Shown: positions 42,059-54,711, numbered from the stretch's first letter. The stretch: 64,000 nucleotides of DNA from an uncultured Acidobacteriota bacterium (GCA_963823185.1 CAWGKP010000013.1:135386-199385); one strand, 5' to 3'. The notes: a model not told the origin generated them from the sequence alone. Numbers and translations: made by a program.

Positions 42059-42998
42059 CCGACGTCTCGATCGTCGTCGTCACGCACGACTCGTCGGCGG
42101 ACCTGCCGGCGTCGCTCCCGAGCGCCGCGCGCGCAGCGGGGGGTCTCCGTGGAAACGATCGTCGTCGACGACGCGTCGCGTGACGGCTCGATCGACGTCG
42201 CCCGCCGCATCCTTCCGGGCGCGCGGGTCGTCGCGCTGTCCGAGAACGTCGGCTTCTCCGCCGCGATGAACGCCGGCATCGAGGCCTCGGGCGGGCGGTA
42301 CGTTCTGGCGCTCAATCCCGACTGCCGCCTGGCGCCCGACTTCGCGGCCCGCCTGACCGCGCGCCTCGACGCGCGGCCCGACGCGGGCTCGGCGTCCGGC
42401 CGGATCTACCGGGCGGAGGGAGCGGATCTGCGCCCGACGTCGCGGCTCGACTCGACCGGCATCGTCTTCTCGGCGTCCGGCCGTCACTTCGACCGCGGGT
42501 CGGAACTGGAAGCGGCGGGGCGCTACCTGCGCGAAGAGGAGATCGGCGGCACTACGGGAGCCGCGGGCCTCTACCGCCGCGAAGCGCTCGAGAGCGCGAA
42601 AATCTCGACCGGCTACTTCGACGCCGACTTTTTCCTCTACCGCGAGGATGCCGACCTGGCACGGCGCCTTTCGCGGCTCGGCTGGAAGTGCCTCTACGTC
42701 CCCGACGCCGTCGCCTGGCACCGGCGGACGAATCTGCCCGTCGCGGAGGCGGGAGATGTCCGCGCTCGCCAACTACCACTCGGTCAAGAATCGGTTCCTG
42801 CTGCGCATCAACAACCAGACGGCCGGCGAGTTCTTCGCGACGCTCGTGCCGACGCTCGCCCGCGATCTCGTCGTGATCGGCGCCTGCCTGACCGTCGAGC
42901 GGTCGTCGCTGCCGGCGTTCGGCTGGCTCTGGCGCAATCGCCGCCGGCTCTGGGCCAAGCGCCGCGAGATCGCGGAGCGCGCGAAGCGGCGCGGATAG
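42055..42998 (+). CDS. family 2 glycosyltransferase (two frameshifts)
   Basis: MTDVSIVVVTHDS..., then VETIVVDDASRDGS after removing one G of G6 at 42138-42143. NVGFSAAMNAG, LALNPDC and YREDADL are present. The C-terminus ...NLPSRRREMSALANYHSVKNRFLLRINNQ appears after removing one C of CCC at 42737-42739. Confidence 0.8.
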
Positions 42999-43019
42999 AA
43001 TCCGGGGCGAGGAGGAATC

Positions 43020-44482
43020 GTGAGCCATTTTCCAAGCGGACGCGCGTTGGCCCTCGGCGCGGTCCTGGCGTCTCTCGCCGTTCCCAGTTCCGCCGCCGCG
43101 CAGGCCCCTCCACAGAAGAAGGAGGCTCGTGAGCTGGTGCGTCAAGGAGGTGGGGGGCGATTTCGACGTCCTGAAGAAGCGCCGCGCCATTCGGGTGCTC
43201 GTCGTCTACAACAAGACCAACTACTTCATCGACAAGGGCACGCCGCACGGAGTCACTTACGAGGCGTTCAAGCTCTTCGAGGACGATCTCAACAAGAAGT
43301 ACAAGACCGGCAATCTCAAGATTCACGTCGCTTGCATTCCGACGGGCCGCGCGGACCTCGCCGACGCCCTGCTCTCGGGGCGCGGGGACATTGCGGCCGC
43401 GAACCTGACGATCACTCCCGAGCGTCAGAAGATCGTGGATTTCTCGAACCCGACGATCTCCAACGTCTCCGAGATCGTCGTCGCGGGGCCGGCCTCGGAA
43501 GCCATCGCGGGCGTCGACGACCTCTCCGGCAAGGAGGTGTTCGTCCGCGAGAAGTCCATCTACCACGAGAGCCTGCAGGCGTTGAACGCCGATCTCGCCA
43601 AGCGCGGCAAACCTCCGGTGAAGCTCCGGTTCGCGCCGCCGGAGCTCGAGGACGAGGATCTGCTGGAGATGACGAACGCGGGACTCGTCAAGTACGTCGT
43701 CGTGGAGGATTTCCTCGCCCGGTTCTGGGCCGGCGTCTACCCGAAGCTCGTGCTGCATCCCGGAGGCCGTCCTGCGCAAGGACGCTCAGATCGGCTGGGC
43801 GATTCGAAAGAACAGCCCGCTCCTGAAGGCCGAGCTCGACGCCTTTCTCGCCAAGTATCCGCCCGGGTCGGCGACCCGCAACATGCTTTTCCAGAAGTAT
43901 CTGAAGAGCACGAAGTTCGTGAAGAACGCGGCCTCCGAAACCGAGCGGAAGAAGTTCCAGCAGACCGCCCAGTTCTTCCGGACGTACTCCGACAAGTACG
44001 ACCTGGACTACCTCCTGATGGCCGCGCAGGGCTATCAGGAGTCGCAGTTGAATCAGAACGCGAAGAGCCAGGTCGGCGCGGTCGGCGTGATGCAGGTGAT
44101 GCCGGCGACGGGCAAGGAGTTGAACGTCGGCGACATCTCGCAGCTCGAGCCGAACATCCACGCCGGGGTCAAGTACATGCGGTTCATGATCGACCGGTAC
44201 TACGCGAACGAGCCGATGGACAAGTTGAACAAGGGTCTCTTCGCCTTCGCCTCCTACAACGCCGGGCCGGCGCGGATCGCGAGCCTTCGCAAGGAGGCGG
44301 CCAAGCGGGGCCTCGACCCCAACGTCTGGTTCAACAACGTCGAGATCGTCGCCTCCGAGAAGATCGGCCGCGAGACGGTGACCTACGTCGCGAACATCTA
44401 CAAGTACTACATCGCCTACAAGCTGATCACCGAAGACCTGGAAGCGCGGAAGAAGGCGCGCGAATCGGTGGTCAAGCCCTAG
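43020..44482 (+). CDS. MltF-like membrane-bound lytic transglycosylase (signal peptide + SBP_bac_3-like domain + SLT domain; two frameshifts)
   Basis: Signal peptide MSHFPSGRALALGAVLASLAVPSSAAAQ; an SBP3-like middle part (IRVLVVYNKTNYFIDKGTPHG...); an SLT domain (GYQESQLN, GVMQVMP, ASYNAGP). The frames are joined by removing one G of G6 at 43152-43157 and one C of CCC at 43759-43761. Confidence 0.8.
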
Positions 44483-44494
44483 GCAAGCAAGCGG

Positions 44495-45598
44495 GTGAGA
44501 ATCGCGATCCTCGGCACCCGCGGCATTCCGGCGAGATACGGGGGGTTCGAGACGCTCGCGGAGGAGCTGTCCGCGCGCCTGGCCGCGCGGGGTCACGAGG
44601 TCACCGTGTACGGGCGGCCGCGCTACGCGGAGCCCGGCCTCTCGGAATGGCGGGGGGCGCGGATTCGGGTGCTGCCCACGGTGCCCACGAAGTATCTCGA
44701 CACCGTCGTGCACGGCGGGATCTCGGCTCTCGACGCGGCGTTCGAGCGCTACGACGCGGTCCTCTTCTGCAACGCGATCAACGCGGCCGCGTGCTTCCTG
44801 CCGCGGCTCCTCGGGCGCACGCGCGTCGTCCTGAACGTGGACGGCCTCGAGCGCAACCGGCGCAAGTGGAGCGCGGCGGGCCGCTGGGCCTACCGCATCT
44901 CGGAGCGGCTCTCGACGATCGTGCCGGACGCCGTCGTCTCCGACGCGCGCGTCATCCAGGACTACTACCGGCAGCGATACGGGATCGACAGCATCTTCAT
45001 TCCGTACGGGGGCGACCTCCCGCGGCCGGCGGGTCGGGGAACGCTCGACCGGCTGGGGCTCTCTCCGGAACGCTACGTGCTCTACGTCTCGCGCCTGGAA
45101 CCGGAGAACAACGCGGACGCGGTCGTCCGCGCCTACCGCGACGTGCGCGGGGAGACGCCGCTCGTCGTGGTGGGGGATGCGCCGTACGCCGCGGACTACA
45201 TCGCGCGCGTTCGCCGCGAAGCCGATCCGCGCGTGCGATTCCCGGGCGCCATTTACGGCGAGGGATATCGCGAGCTCCTGGCGAACGCGGCCGTCTACGT
45301 CCAGGCGACCGAGGTGGGCGGCACGCACCCGGCCCTCGTCGAGGCGATGGGGTTCGGGCGCGTGGTTTGCTACAACCAGTCGCCGGACAACGAGGAGGTG
45401 GCCGGCGGCGCGGCGCTGCCCTTCGACGTAACGAATCCGGCGTCGCTCGCGTCCCTGCTGCAGGCGGTTCTGGACAATCCGTCGGGCCATGCCGGGTGGG
45501 GGGAGAAGGCGCGCCGCCGTGTGGGGGAGAGATACCTGTGGGAGGACGTGGCCGGGAGATATGAGGCCGTCCTTGAAGGAAAGCCTCTCATCTCATAA
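44495..45598 (+). CDS. family 4 (GT-B) glycosyltransferase with DUF1972-type N-terminus
   Basis: GTG start. RIAILGTRGIPARYGGFETLAEEL and the C-terminal ATEVGGTHPALVEAMGFG motif are present. Confidence 0.85.
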   Translation: MRIAILGTRGIPARYGGFETLAEELSARLAARGHEVTVYGRPRYAEPGLSEWRGARIRVLPTVPTKYLDTVVHGGISALDAAFERYDAVLFCNAINAAACFLPRLLGRTRVVLNVDGLERNRRKWSAAGRWAYRISERLSTIVPDAVVSDARVIQDYYRQRYGIDSIFIPYGGDLPRPAGRGTLDRLGLSPERYVLYVSRLEPENNADAVVRAYRDVRGETPLVVVGDAPYAADYIARVRREADPRVRFPGAIYGEGYRELLANAAVYVQATEVGGTHPALVEAMGFGRVVCYNQSPDNEEVAGGAALPFDVTNPASLASLLQAVLDNPSGHAGWGEKARRRVGERYLWEDVAGRYEAVLEGKPLIS

Positions 45599-45641
45599 CA
45601 TGCGAACGGTTTAGCGGGCCGCGAACCGCGGTCGGTGAAGA

Positions 45642-47075
45642 ATGCTGAAGCAGAAAGCGCGCGCGGTGGCCTTGGGGGTCCTGGCGGGGGACCTCGCGCT
45701 CACCGCGGTTTCGCTCCCTCTGGCGTACCTGTTGCGGGAGGGCGTGATGGCGCGATTCTTCCCGCGGCTCTTCCCGCAGCCGCTCTATCCCTTCGAGCAG
45801 TACTTCTTCCTCCTGACCCTGATCCTGCCGATCTGGGGGCTGCTGCTCTACGGCGCCGGTTTCTACCGCAGCCACCGGACGCTGCCTCTCGGAGAGGAGA
45901 TCTGGGCGGCGGCGCGCGTCGCGTTCGGCGGGACGGCGCTGCTGGCCCTGATCGTGTACGGCCTGCGGCTCGAGTTCGTGAGCCGCTGGTTCCTCGTCGT
46001 CTTCGGGTCGCTCAACTTCGCGTTTCTCGCGAGCGAGAAGGTCGGGCTGCGCCTCGCGTCGCGCTGGGTCCGCACGCGCGGCTACAACTTCCGCACCGTC
46101 CTCGTCGTCGGCACCGGCAGCAAGGCCGCCTCGATGGCCGACTTCTTCGAGGCGCACCCGCACTGGGGGTTCCGCCTCGTCGGCTATCTCGACGACGACA
46201 ACGGCGGCCAGATTCGCAGGGGAAATCGGTGGCCCTCTCTCGGGAAGATCGCGGACCTCGAGTCCGTGCTCGCGGGCAACGTCGTGGACGAGCTGATCTT
46301 CGTCATCGAAAAGGGCAAGCTCGGCGACTACGAGGAGGCGCTCCTCGTGGCCGAGCGGCACGGTGTGCGCGCGCACGTGTCGCTCGACATCTTCCCGCAC
46401 GTGCTGGCGCGGCCGGTGCTGGAGGAGCTGGACGGCGTGCCGCTTCTCTCCTTCACGACGACGCCGTCGAATCCGGTCCAGCTCGTCGTCAAGCGGGGCG
46501 TGGACCTCGTCGTGTCGCTCGCGCTCTTCCTCGTCACGCTGCCGATCCAGTTGCTCGCGGCGATCGCGATCAAGCTGTCCTCGTCGGGGCCCATCTTCTT
46601 CCGCCAGACGCGCTGCGGCCTGAACGGCCGGCATTTCACGCTGCTCAAGTTCCGCACGATGCAGAACGGCGCCGAGGGGCGCCTGCCGGAGATCTCGCAT
46701 CTGAACGAGATGACGGGGCCGGTCTTCAAGTCGTCGCACGATCCGCGGCTGACCATCGTCGGCCGCGTGCTCCGCCGTCTCTCGATCGACGAGCTGCCGC
46801 AGCTCGCCAACGTCATCGTCGGCGACATGAGCCTCGTCGGCCCGCGGCCGCCGCTGCCGGAGGAAGTCGCGCGCTACGAGCCCTGGCAGCGCCGCCGGCT
46901 GTCGATGAGCCCGGGCCTGACGTGCCTCTGGCAGGTCTCCGGGCGAAACGACGTGGACTTCGATCGCTGGATGGCGCTCGACCTCAAGTACATCGACACG
47001 TGGTCGCCGATGCTCGACTTGAAGATCCTGCTGAAGACCGTGCCGGCGGTGCTGTCGGGGAGAGGGGCGAGGTAG
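45642..47075 (+). CDS. exopolysaccharide priming polyprenyl-phosphate sugar phosphotransferase (WcaJ/EpsB-type bacterial sugar transferase)
   Basis: 477 aa with N-terminal TM helices. The C-terminal domain has GPIFFRQTRCGLNGRHFTLLKFRTM and DELPQLANVIVGDMSLVGPRP. Confidence 0.9.
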   Translation: MLKQKARAVALGVLAGDLALTAVSLPLAYLLREGVMARFFPRLFPQPLYPFEQYFFLLTLILPIWGLLLYGAGFYRSHRTLPLGEEIWAAARVAFGGTALLALIVYGLRLEFVSRWFLVVFGSLNFAFLASEKVGLRLASRWVRTRGYNFRTVLVVGTGSKAASMADFFEAHPHWGFRLVGYLDDDNGGQIRRGNRWPSLGKIADLESVLAGNVVDELIFVIEKGKLGDYEEALLVAERHGVRAHVSLDIFPHVLARPVLEELDGVPLLSFTTTPSNPVQLVVKRGVDLVVSLALFLVTLPIQLLAAIAIKLSSSGPIFFRQTRCGLNGRHFTLLKFRTMQNGAEGRLPEISHLNEMTGPVFKSSHDPRLTIVGRVLRRLSIDELPQLANVIVGDMSLVGPRPPLPEEVARYEPWQRRRLSMSPGLTCLWQVSGRNDVDFDRWMALDLKYIDTWSPMLDLKILLKTVPAVLSGRGAR

Positions 47076-47409
47076 ACGACAGACTGAGGACTGAGGACTC
47101 GGGACTGAGGACTCTCGTGACTTGAGCCACGAAAGTCCTCGGTCCTCAGTCCACAGTCCTCCGTCGGGATTACCGGTTTCCGTCCATCGGGCGCGCTTCC
47201 GATTCCTTCAGGAGTTCAGGGCTGACCACGGAACTCCCGTGCCGGCGGTGCTGTCGGGGAGGGGAGCGAGGTGACTAGCTGTGACTAAGGACTGAGGACT
47301 AGGGACTCCTTCCTGTCTCAGTCAGTCCTTAGTCCCTAGTCCTTAGTCGAGGCGACAGTCTGGCTACCTGTTCCCGTCCATCGGCGCGCCCTCGGCTTCC
47401 TTGAACAGG
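47038..47409. repeat. diverged tandem duplication (~195-200 bp period) of the convergent-gene junction: [3' end of + gene][heptad-repeat hairpin][3' end of - gene] x2
   Basis: CCGTGCCGGCGGTGCTGTCGGGGA occurs at 47038 and 47237. Hairpin arms are at 47081-47114/47131-47165 and at 47283-47309/47325-47348, built from GACTNNG heptads. A pseudo 3' end of the minus-strand gene is at 47170-47215. Confidence 0.8.
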
Positions 47410-47735
47410 TACTTGATCGAGGTCTTCGGGATCAGCAGATTCGGGCCGCGCTCGCGGTTCACCTTCAGGCAGTTCTTGTCGTACCACTCGATCCAGCCGT
47501 GGACCTCCTCGCCGTCGTTCAACACGACGACCATGGGGGTCTTGGCCGCCATCTGCTTGAGGTAGTAGTAGCTCTCGGCGTTGGTCTGCTCGGGCGGGAC
47601 CTGCTTGCGCTGCTGGAAGGTGCGCGTCGGGTACCGCTCGGAGAGCTCCGAAAGGTTCGGGCGAATCAGCTTGCGGTTGCCGGGAGCGTCCTCGCCCGGT
47701 CGAAATGCGCTCCCGGTCGAGTTCCTCTCTGCCAC
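47364..47735 (-). CDS. Hfq-like Sm-fold RNA-binding protein with ~55-aa N-terminal extension (putative)
   Basis: 123-aa ORF with a GTG start. TPMVVVLNDGEEVHGWIEWYDKNCLKV...LLIPKTSIKYL aligns by eye to the Hfq Sm1 (VxVxLxNGxxLxGxIxxFD) and Sm2 (YKHAIS-like) motifs. Confidence 0.55.
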   Translation of the reverse strand: MAERNSTGSAFRPGEDAPGNRKLIRPNLSELSERYPTRTFQQRKQVPPEQTNAESYYYLKQMAAKTPMVVVLNDGEEVHGWIEWYDKNCLKVNRERGPNLLIPKTSIKYLFKEAEGAPMDGNR

Positions 47736-47780
47736 GGATGTTCCTCTGGCCCCGTGAAAAAGGCGGGACGCTATATTTCC

Positions 47781-48536
47781 CTAAACCGGGGCTTCCGAGG
47801 AAAAATTCTGGTTCTTCCGGGGGGGCGAGGAGGCTTCCGGAGCGGGCCGGCCGCCCTCGTCCTCGTAAGCTAAACAGCACATGAGCCGGCCGCACATCCC
47901 CGATATTTTGGAAGGGTTTAGCGACAGGTTCTGGCTCTTGGCCATCTTGATCGTGACGGGGTGGAACCCCTTCAGGAACGTCGAGCAGCACAGGGTCAGG
48001 CCGCACGGCCCGAGGCCGCCGCGCATCTTGGTCTCGTCCCGCGGGCCGACCTGGCGGACCTCGATCCGGACCGGGTACTTCATGGCAAGGTCCGCGACGA
48101 GCCTGCGGTAGTCGATCCGCTGCTCGGAGGTGTAGTAGATGGAGTATTTGCGGCCGTCGAAACTCTCCTCGACGCGGATCAGCTTGAGCGTGAGCCGCTT
48201 TTCCGTGGCCATCTCGCGGGTGTCGCGGAAGAACTGCTTCTCGCGCTCGAGCTTGGCCTGGTAGCTCGCGAGATCGGAATCGGTGGCCACCCGGACGAGC
48301 TTGCGGGCGTCGCGGAGCTGGCACTGCTTGACGATGAGCGGGTGCAGCGTCGAGACCTCGGCATACTCGTAGCCGCCGTCGCCCTCGATGACGAGGCGCT
48401 GTCCCTTGCGGACCTCCGTCCCGTTGGTCTCGCAAAAGACGACGCGGCCATCCTCGTTCTGGTTGATCCGGACGCCGATGTAATGGCCGCCGGGGTTGAA
48501 CGAGTTGCCTACGGTGCAGCCGCCACAGCCCGACAT
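47781..48536 (-). CDS. PSP1 domain protein (RicT/YaaT-like)
   Basis: ATG at 48536 (MSGCGGC...). The PSP1 region is RKYSIYYTSEQRIDYRRLVADLAMKYPVRIEVRQVGPRDETKMRGGLGPCGLTLCCSTFL. The upstream part of the 361-aa track ORF was rejected. Confidence 0.85.
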   Translation of the reverse strand: MSGCGGCTVGNSFNPGGHYIGVRINQNEDGRVVFCETNGTEVRKGQRLVIEGDGGYEYAEVSTLHPLIVKQCQLRDARKLVRVATDSDLASYQAKLEREKQFFRDTREMATEKRLTLKLIRVEESFDGRKYSIYYTSEQRIDYRRLVADLAMKYPVRIEVRQVGPRDETKMRGGLGPCGLTLCCSTFLKGFHPVTIKMAKSQNLSLNPSKISGMCGRLMCCLAYEDEGGRPAPEASSPPRKNQNFSSEAPV

Positions 48537-48597
48537 AAGAACGGAGTAAGTTATCACACGAAACGGGTTGGGGCGGCCCGTCGCGGCGGTGGCCCTT

Positions 48598-48906
48598 TCA
48601 GTCGCCGCCCAGCTCTCGCGCGATCGCTTCGAGAAGGGCCGGCGGGCTCCCCGCGTCGAGGCGCCTCGCTCCCGGTATCGCCGGCGCGTCCGAAGGCAGG
48701 AAGATCGGAGGCGGCGCGAGGATGTCCTCCCGAATCGCCGCGACGGCCGCCGCCGCCTCGGCCAGGACGAGCACGGCGTCGATGCGGCGGTTGCGCCCGA
48801 GCTTCTCGACCGCGTCGTCGGCGTCGCGCGCGTGCAGGACCTCGACGGCCGACGGCGGCTCGGCATCTTCCACTCCGGGACCGCCGACGACGAGAACGGC
48901 GATCAC
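48598..48906 (-). CDS. hypothetical protein
   Basis: 102-aa ORF in the same orientation as its neighbours. No motif; Ala-rich. Confidence 0.3.
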   Translation of the reverse strand: MIAVLVVGGPGVEDAEPPSAVEVLHARDADDAVEKLGRNRRIDAVLVLAEAAAAVAAIREDILAPPPIFLPSDAPAIPGARRLDAGSPPALLEAIARELGGD

Positions 48907-48913
48907 GCTTCCG

Positions 48914-49882
48914 TTACCTCTCCGCGCGGATCACGACGGAGCCGAGCGGCCGGCCCTGGTCCTCGCCTTTTCGAACGAGCCAGAACACGAGCGTGTAGAG
49001 GCCGGGACCATCGGGTGCGAGAGCGAGCTCGAAATCGCGGTCGTGTCCGAGGCGGAGCCGGTCTTCCGTCAGGACGCCCACGATCTGGATGTCGCGATCG
49101 CCTTCCGGCACGAAGGCGCGCGACGCCTTCGGGTAGCGGTACGACGTGCGCCCGCTCGCTTCCTCCGCCGTCAGCGGTCGCGGGAGGGCCTCGCGCGCGA
49201 TGGTGACGAACGCGACGCGATACCCCGCGCGAGCAGATGCGCTCACGCGCGCGGCGATTCCGCGCGGATCGTTGCGGACCGCGGCGCGATCGAGGCCGCG
49301 CGCGAGGAACTCCTGCGCGATCTGGAACCGGCCGCCGGCCATGGCCCACCCCACGCCGACGTGCGTGGCCTCGGGGTCGAGGATCGTGCGGCGGTGCCCG
49401 TCGTCGGGAGGCGTCTCGCCCATCATCGAGCGGTGCGCCGCGAGCGCGAGGGAAAGCGGCGTGTCGGAGAAGGTCTTCGAGGTCGTGCTCCACGAGGCGA
49501 CGTTCTCCGCCTGGTAGCCGAAGACTCCCGCGAGACCGGTGCGCGCGTAGGGCGGCACGCCGTCGCGCAGGAAATGACCGTTCGTCTTTTCGGCGACCTG
49601 CGCCGCGCAGAAGGCGTCGGCCACGCGCGCGGCGCCCTCGTCCCACGCGACGGGGGAGAGGCCCGCCGCGGCGCGATCCGCGTTGATGCGCTCGAAGACG
49701 GCGCGCCGGACGGGCTCCGACGGAGACGCCGGCGCCGGGTATTCCTCCGCGACCTCCCCGCCGGGCGGCGGCGCCACGACGCGCGCGGGAGGCGCCGGAG
49801 GCTCCGGTGGCGGCGCCGAATGCGGCGCGCACGCGGCGGCGAGCGCGAGCACGGCGAGCGGCGCCGTTCGTGTTAGCTTCAC
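48914..49882 (-). CDS. CAP/SCP (PR-1-like) domain lipoprotein-like secreted protein
   Basis: GTG at 49882 (VKLTRTAPLAVLALAAACAP, lipobox-like). A CAP domain is present (AVFERINADRAAAGLSPVAWDEGAARVADAF...HFLRDG...). The start lies only 6 nt from the divergent mutase ATG, so it is uncertain. Confidence 0.7.
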   Translation of the reverse strand: MKLTRTAPLAVLALAAACAPHSAPPPEPPAPPARVVAPPPGGEVAEEYPAPASPSEPVRRAVFERINADRAAAGLSPVAWDEGAARVADAFCAAQVAEKTNGHFLRDGVPPYARTGLAGVFGYQAENVASWSTTSKTFSDTPLSLALAAHRSMMGETPPDDGHRRTILDPEATHVGVGWAMAGGRFQIAQEFLARGLDRAAVRNDPRGIAARVSASARAGYRVAFVTIAREALPRPLTAEEASGRTSYRYPKASRAFVPEGDRDIQIVGVLTEDRLRLGHDRDFELALAPDGPGLYTLVFWLVRKGEDQGRPLGSVVIRAER

Positions 49883-49888
49883 GCGGCC

Positions 49889-52931
<3,043 letters not shown>

Positions 52932-52985
52932 CGTCCGCGAGGCTTGACGCGGCCCGGCGCGTTTCGATAAGGTGCGCCCTCCTGA

Positions 52986-53064
<79 letters not shown>

Positions 53065-53072
53065 CAAATCAA

Positions 53073-53105
53073 GGGGTTACGTCGCGAGGCGTGACCCCTT
53101 TTTTC
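53073..53105 (+). terminator. intrinsic terminator after tRNA-fMet
   Basis: GGGGTTACG-TCGCGAGG-CGTGACCCC forms a 9-bp stem with one G-U pair, followed by TTTTTTC. Confidence 0.7.
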
Positions 53106-53214
53106 TTGCTGGTGGAGCGAGAGTCGAGCGGACCCGTAATCTCGGACGGATGACCTGGAGTCAAGGTGGGCCGATTTTCCGGGGCTGCTACTGTAATCCG
53201 TCACGAGAGACAAC

Positions 53215-54537
53215 ATGACGCTCGATGAACACCGTCGGCACGGAGATTACAGCCCAGGGAACGTCCAACCTGAGGCGATTCGTTTCGTCAGCGAGCTCAC
53301 GCACTCCACTGTCGCGCTGGTGCTCGCCGGAGGGCGCGGCGCCCGGCTGAGACAATTCACCGACTGGCGTTGCAAGCCGGCGGTGCCATTTGGCGGCAAG
53401 TTCCGCATCATCGATTTCACGCTTTCTAACTGTGTGAATTCCGGCATTCGCCGCATCGGCGTGGCCACGCAGTACAAGGCGAACAGCCTGATTCGCCACA
53501 TCCAGCGCGGCTGGAGTTTCCTCGACGGCCGCTTCGAGGAGTTCATCGAACTGCTGCCGGCGCAGCAGCAGGTTGCAGAAGCATGGTACAGCGGCACTGC
53601 GGACGCCGTCTTCCAGAACCTGTCAGTGCTGCACCGGCATTCGGCGAAGTATGTGCTGGTGCTCGCCGGCGACCACATTTACAAAATGGACTATGGCCGA
53701 ATGCTCGCTTTTCACGTAGCGCGCTATGCTGACCTGACGGTGGGGTGTGCGGAAGTGCCGCTAGCGGATGCCAGTGCTTTTGGCGTGATGAGCATCGAAG
53801 GGGATGGGCGCGTGGTGAGTTTTGAAGAAAAGCCCGCGCAACCGCAAGCGATTCCTGGCCAGCCCGAGCGGGCACTGGCAAGCATGGGGATCTACGTGTT
53901 CAAAGCCGAATTCCTGAACGAACAGCTGATCCGCGATGCCAAGGATCCTCGCTCATCGCACGATTTCGGCAAGGACGTAATCCCCTACGTAATGTCGCGC
54001 TATAGAGTGTTTGCGCATAGTCTTGCCGACAGTTGCATTGGCGTGACCACGGGCGGCGCGCCGTACTGGCGCGATGTCGGCACGATCGACGCCTACTGGG
54101 AAGCCAACATGGAGCTTACAAGGGTGGTGCCGGAACTCAACCTGTACGACAGCACCTGGCCGATCTGGACCTACCAGGAACAGATGCCACCCGCGAAATT
54201 CGTGTTCGACGACGACGACCGGCGCGGTATGGCGCTCGATTCGATGGTGTCGGGCGGCTGCGTCATCAGCGGCGCTACGGTGCGGCGCTCGCTGCTGTTT
54301 ACCGACGTGCGGATCGAGTCCCATAGCGTGGTCGAGGACTCGGTGGTCCTGCCCAACGTGAGGGTCGGAAACAACGTGGTGCTGAAGCGCGTCGTGATCG
54401 ACCGGGGCTGCGAGATCAAGGAAGGTATGGAGATCGGGGTCGATACGGCGCATGACCGCCGCCGCTTCTACGTGACCGAAAACGGCATCACGCTGGTCAC
54501 TCCCGGCATGCTCGGGCAAGGCATCTACTCCGTGTGA
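53215..54537 (+). CDS. glgC: glucose-1-phosphate adenylyltransferase
   Basis: 440 aa. VALVLAGGRGARL, AVPFGGKFRIIDFTLSNCVNSGIRRIGV, WYSGTADAV, YWRDVGTIDAYWEANMEL and a C-terminal left-handed beta-helix. From memory it is close to the enterobacterial GlgC layout. G+C looks lower than in the flanks. Confidence 0.93.
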   Translation: MTLDEHRRHGDYSPGNVQPEAIRFVSELTHSTVALVLAGGRGARLRQFTDWRCKPAVPFGGKFRIIDFTLSNCVNSGIRRIGVATQYKANSLIRHIQRGWSFLDGRFEEFIELLPAQQQVAEAWYSGTADAVFQNLSVLHRHSAKYVLVLAGDHIYKMDYGRMLAFHVARYADLTVGCAEVPLADASAFGVMSIEGDGRVVSFEEKPAQPQAIPGQPERALASMGIYVFKAEFLNEQLIRDAKDPRSSHDFGKDVIPYVMSRYRVFAHSLADSCIGVTTGGAPYWRDVGTIDAYWEANMELTRVVPELNLYDSTWPIWTYQEQMPPAKFVFDDDDRRGMALDSMVSGGCVISGATVRRSLLFTDVRIESHSVVEDSVVLPNVRVGNNVVLKRVVIDRGCEIKEGMEIGVDTAHDRRRFYVTENGITLVTPGMLGQGIYSV

Positions 54538-54675
54538 TGACGCGATGAGCAGCCGTACGCTTGAGCCTATCCTCGGGGGGGAAACCCTCGTCAAGACGTT
54601 TCGGTTCGCGTTGTACGGGCTCTGGATGCTAAGAGCTTGGCAAGACCCCTCAGATTCGGCGGGGTATGCCGTTTC

Positions 54676-54700
54676 TTCCAATCCTTCCCGCGCAACCAAG
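54676..54700 (+). repeat. degenerate copy of the tRNA-fMet 3' end (internal att-like site)
   Basis: TTCCAATCCTTCCCGCGCAACCAAG versus the tRNA TTCAAATCCTTCCCCCGCAACCAAG matches at 23 of 25 positions. Confidence 0.6.
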
Positions 54701-54711
54701 TAATTAATCGG

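Noticed and set aside
41893-43761. Programmed ribosomal frameshifting or poly-G/C phase variation as the explanation for the split glycosyltransferase and MltF-like genes.
   Set aside because: The tracts are short (3-6 nt). There are no slippery heptamers or downstream structures. The same +1-in-homopolymer pattern hits unrelated housekeeping genes (phosphohexomutase, SDR, kinase). Sequencing error is the simpler explanation, although read data would be needed to exclude phase variation.
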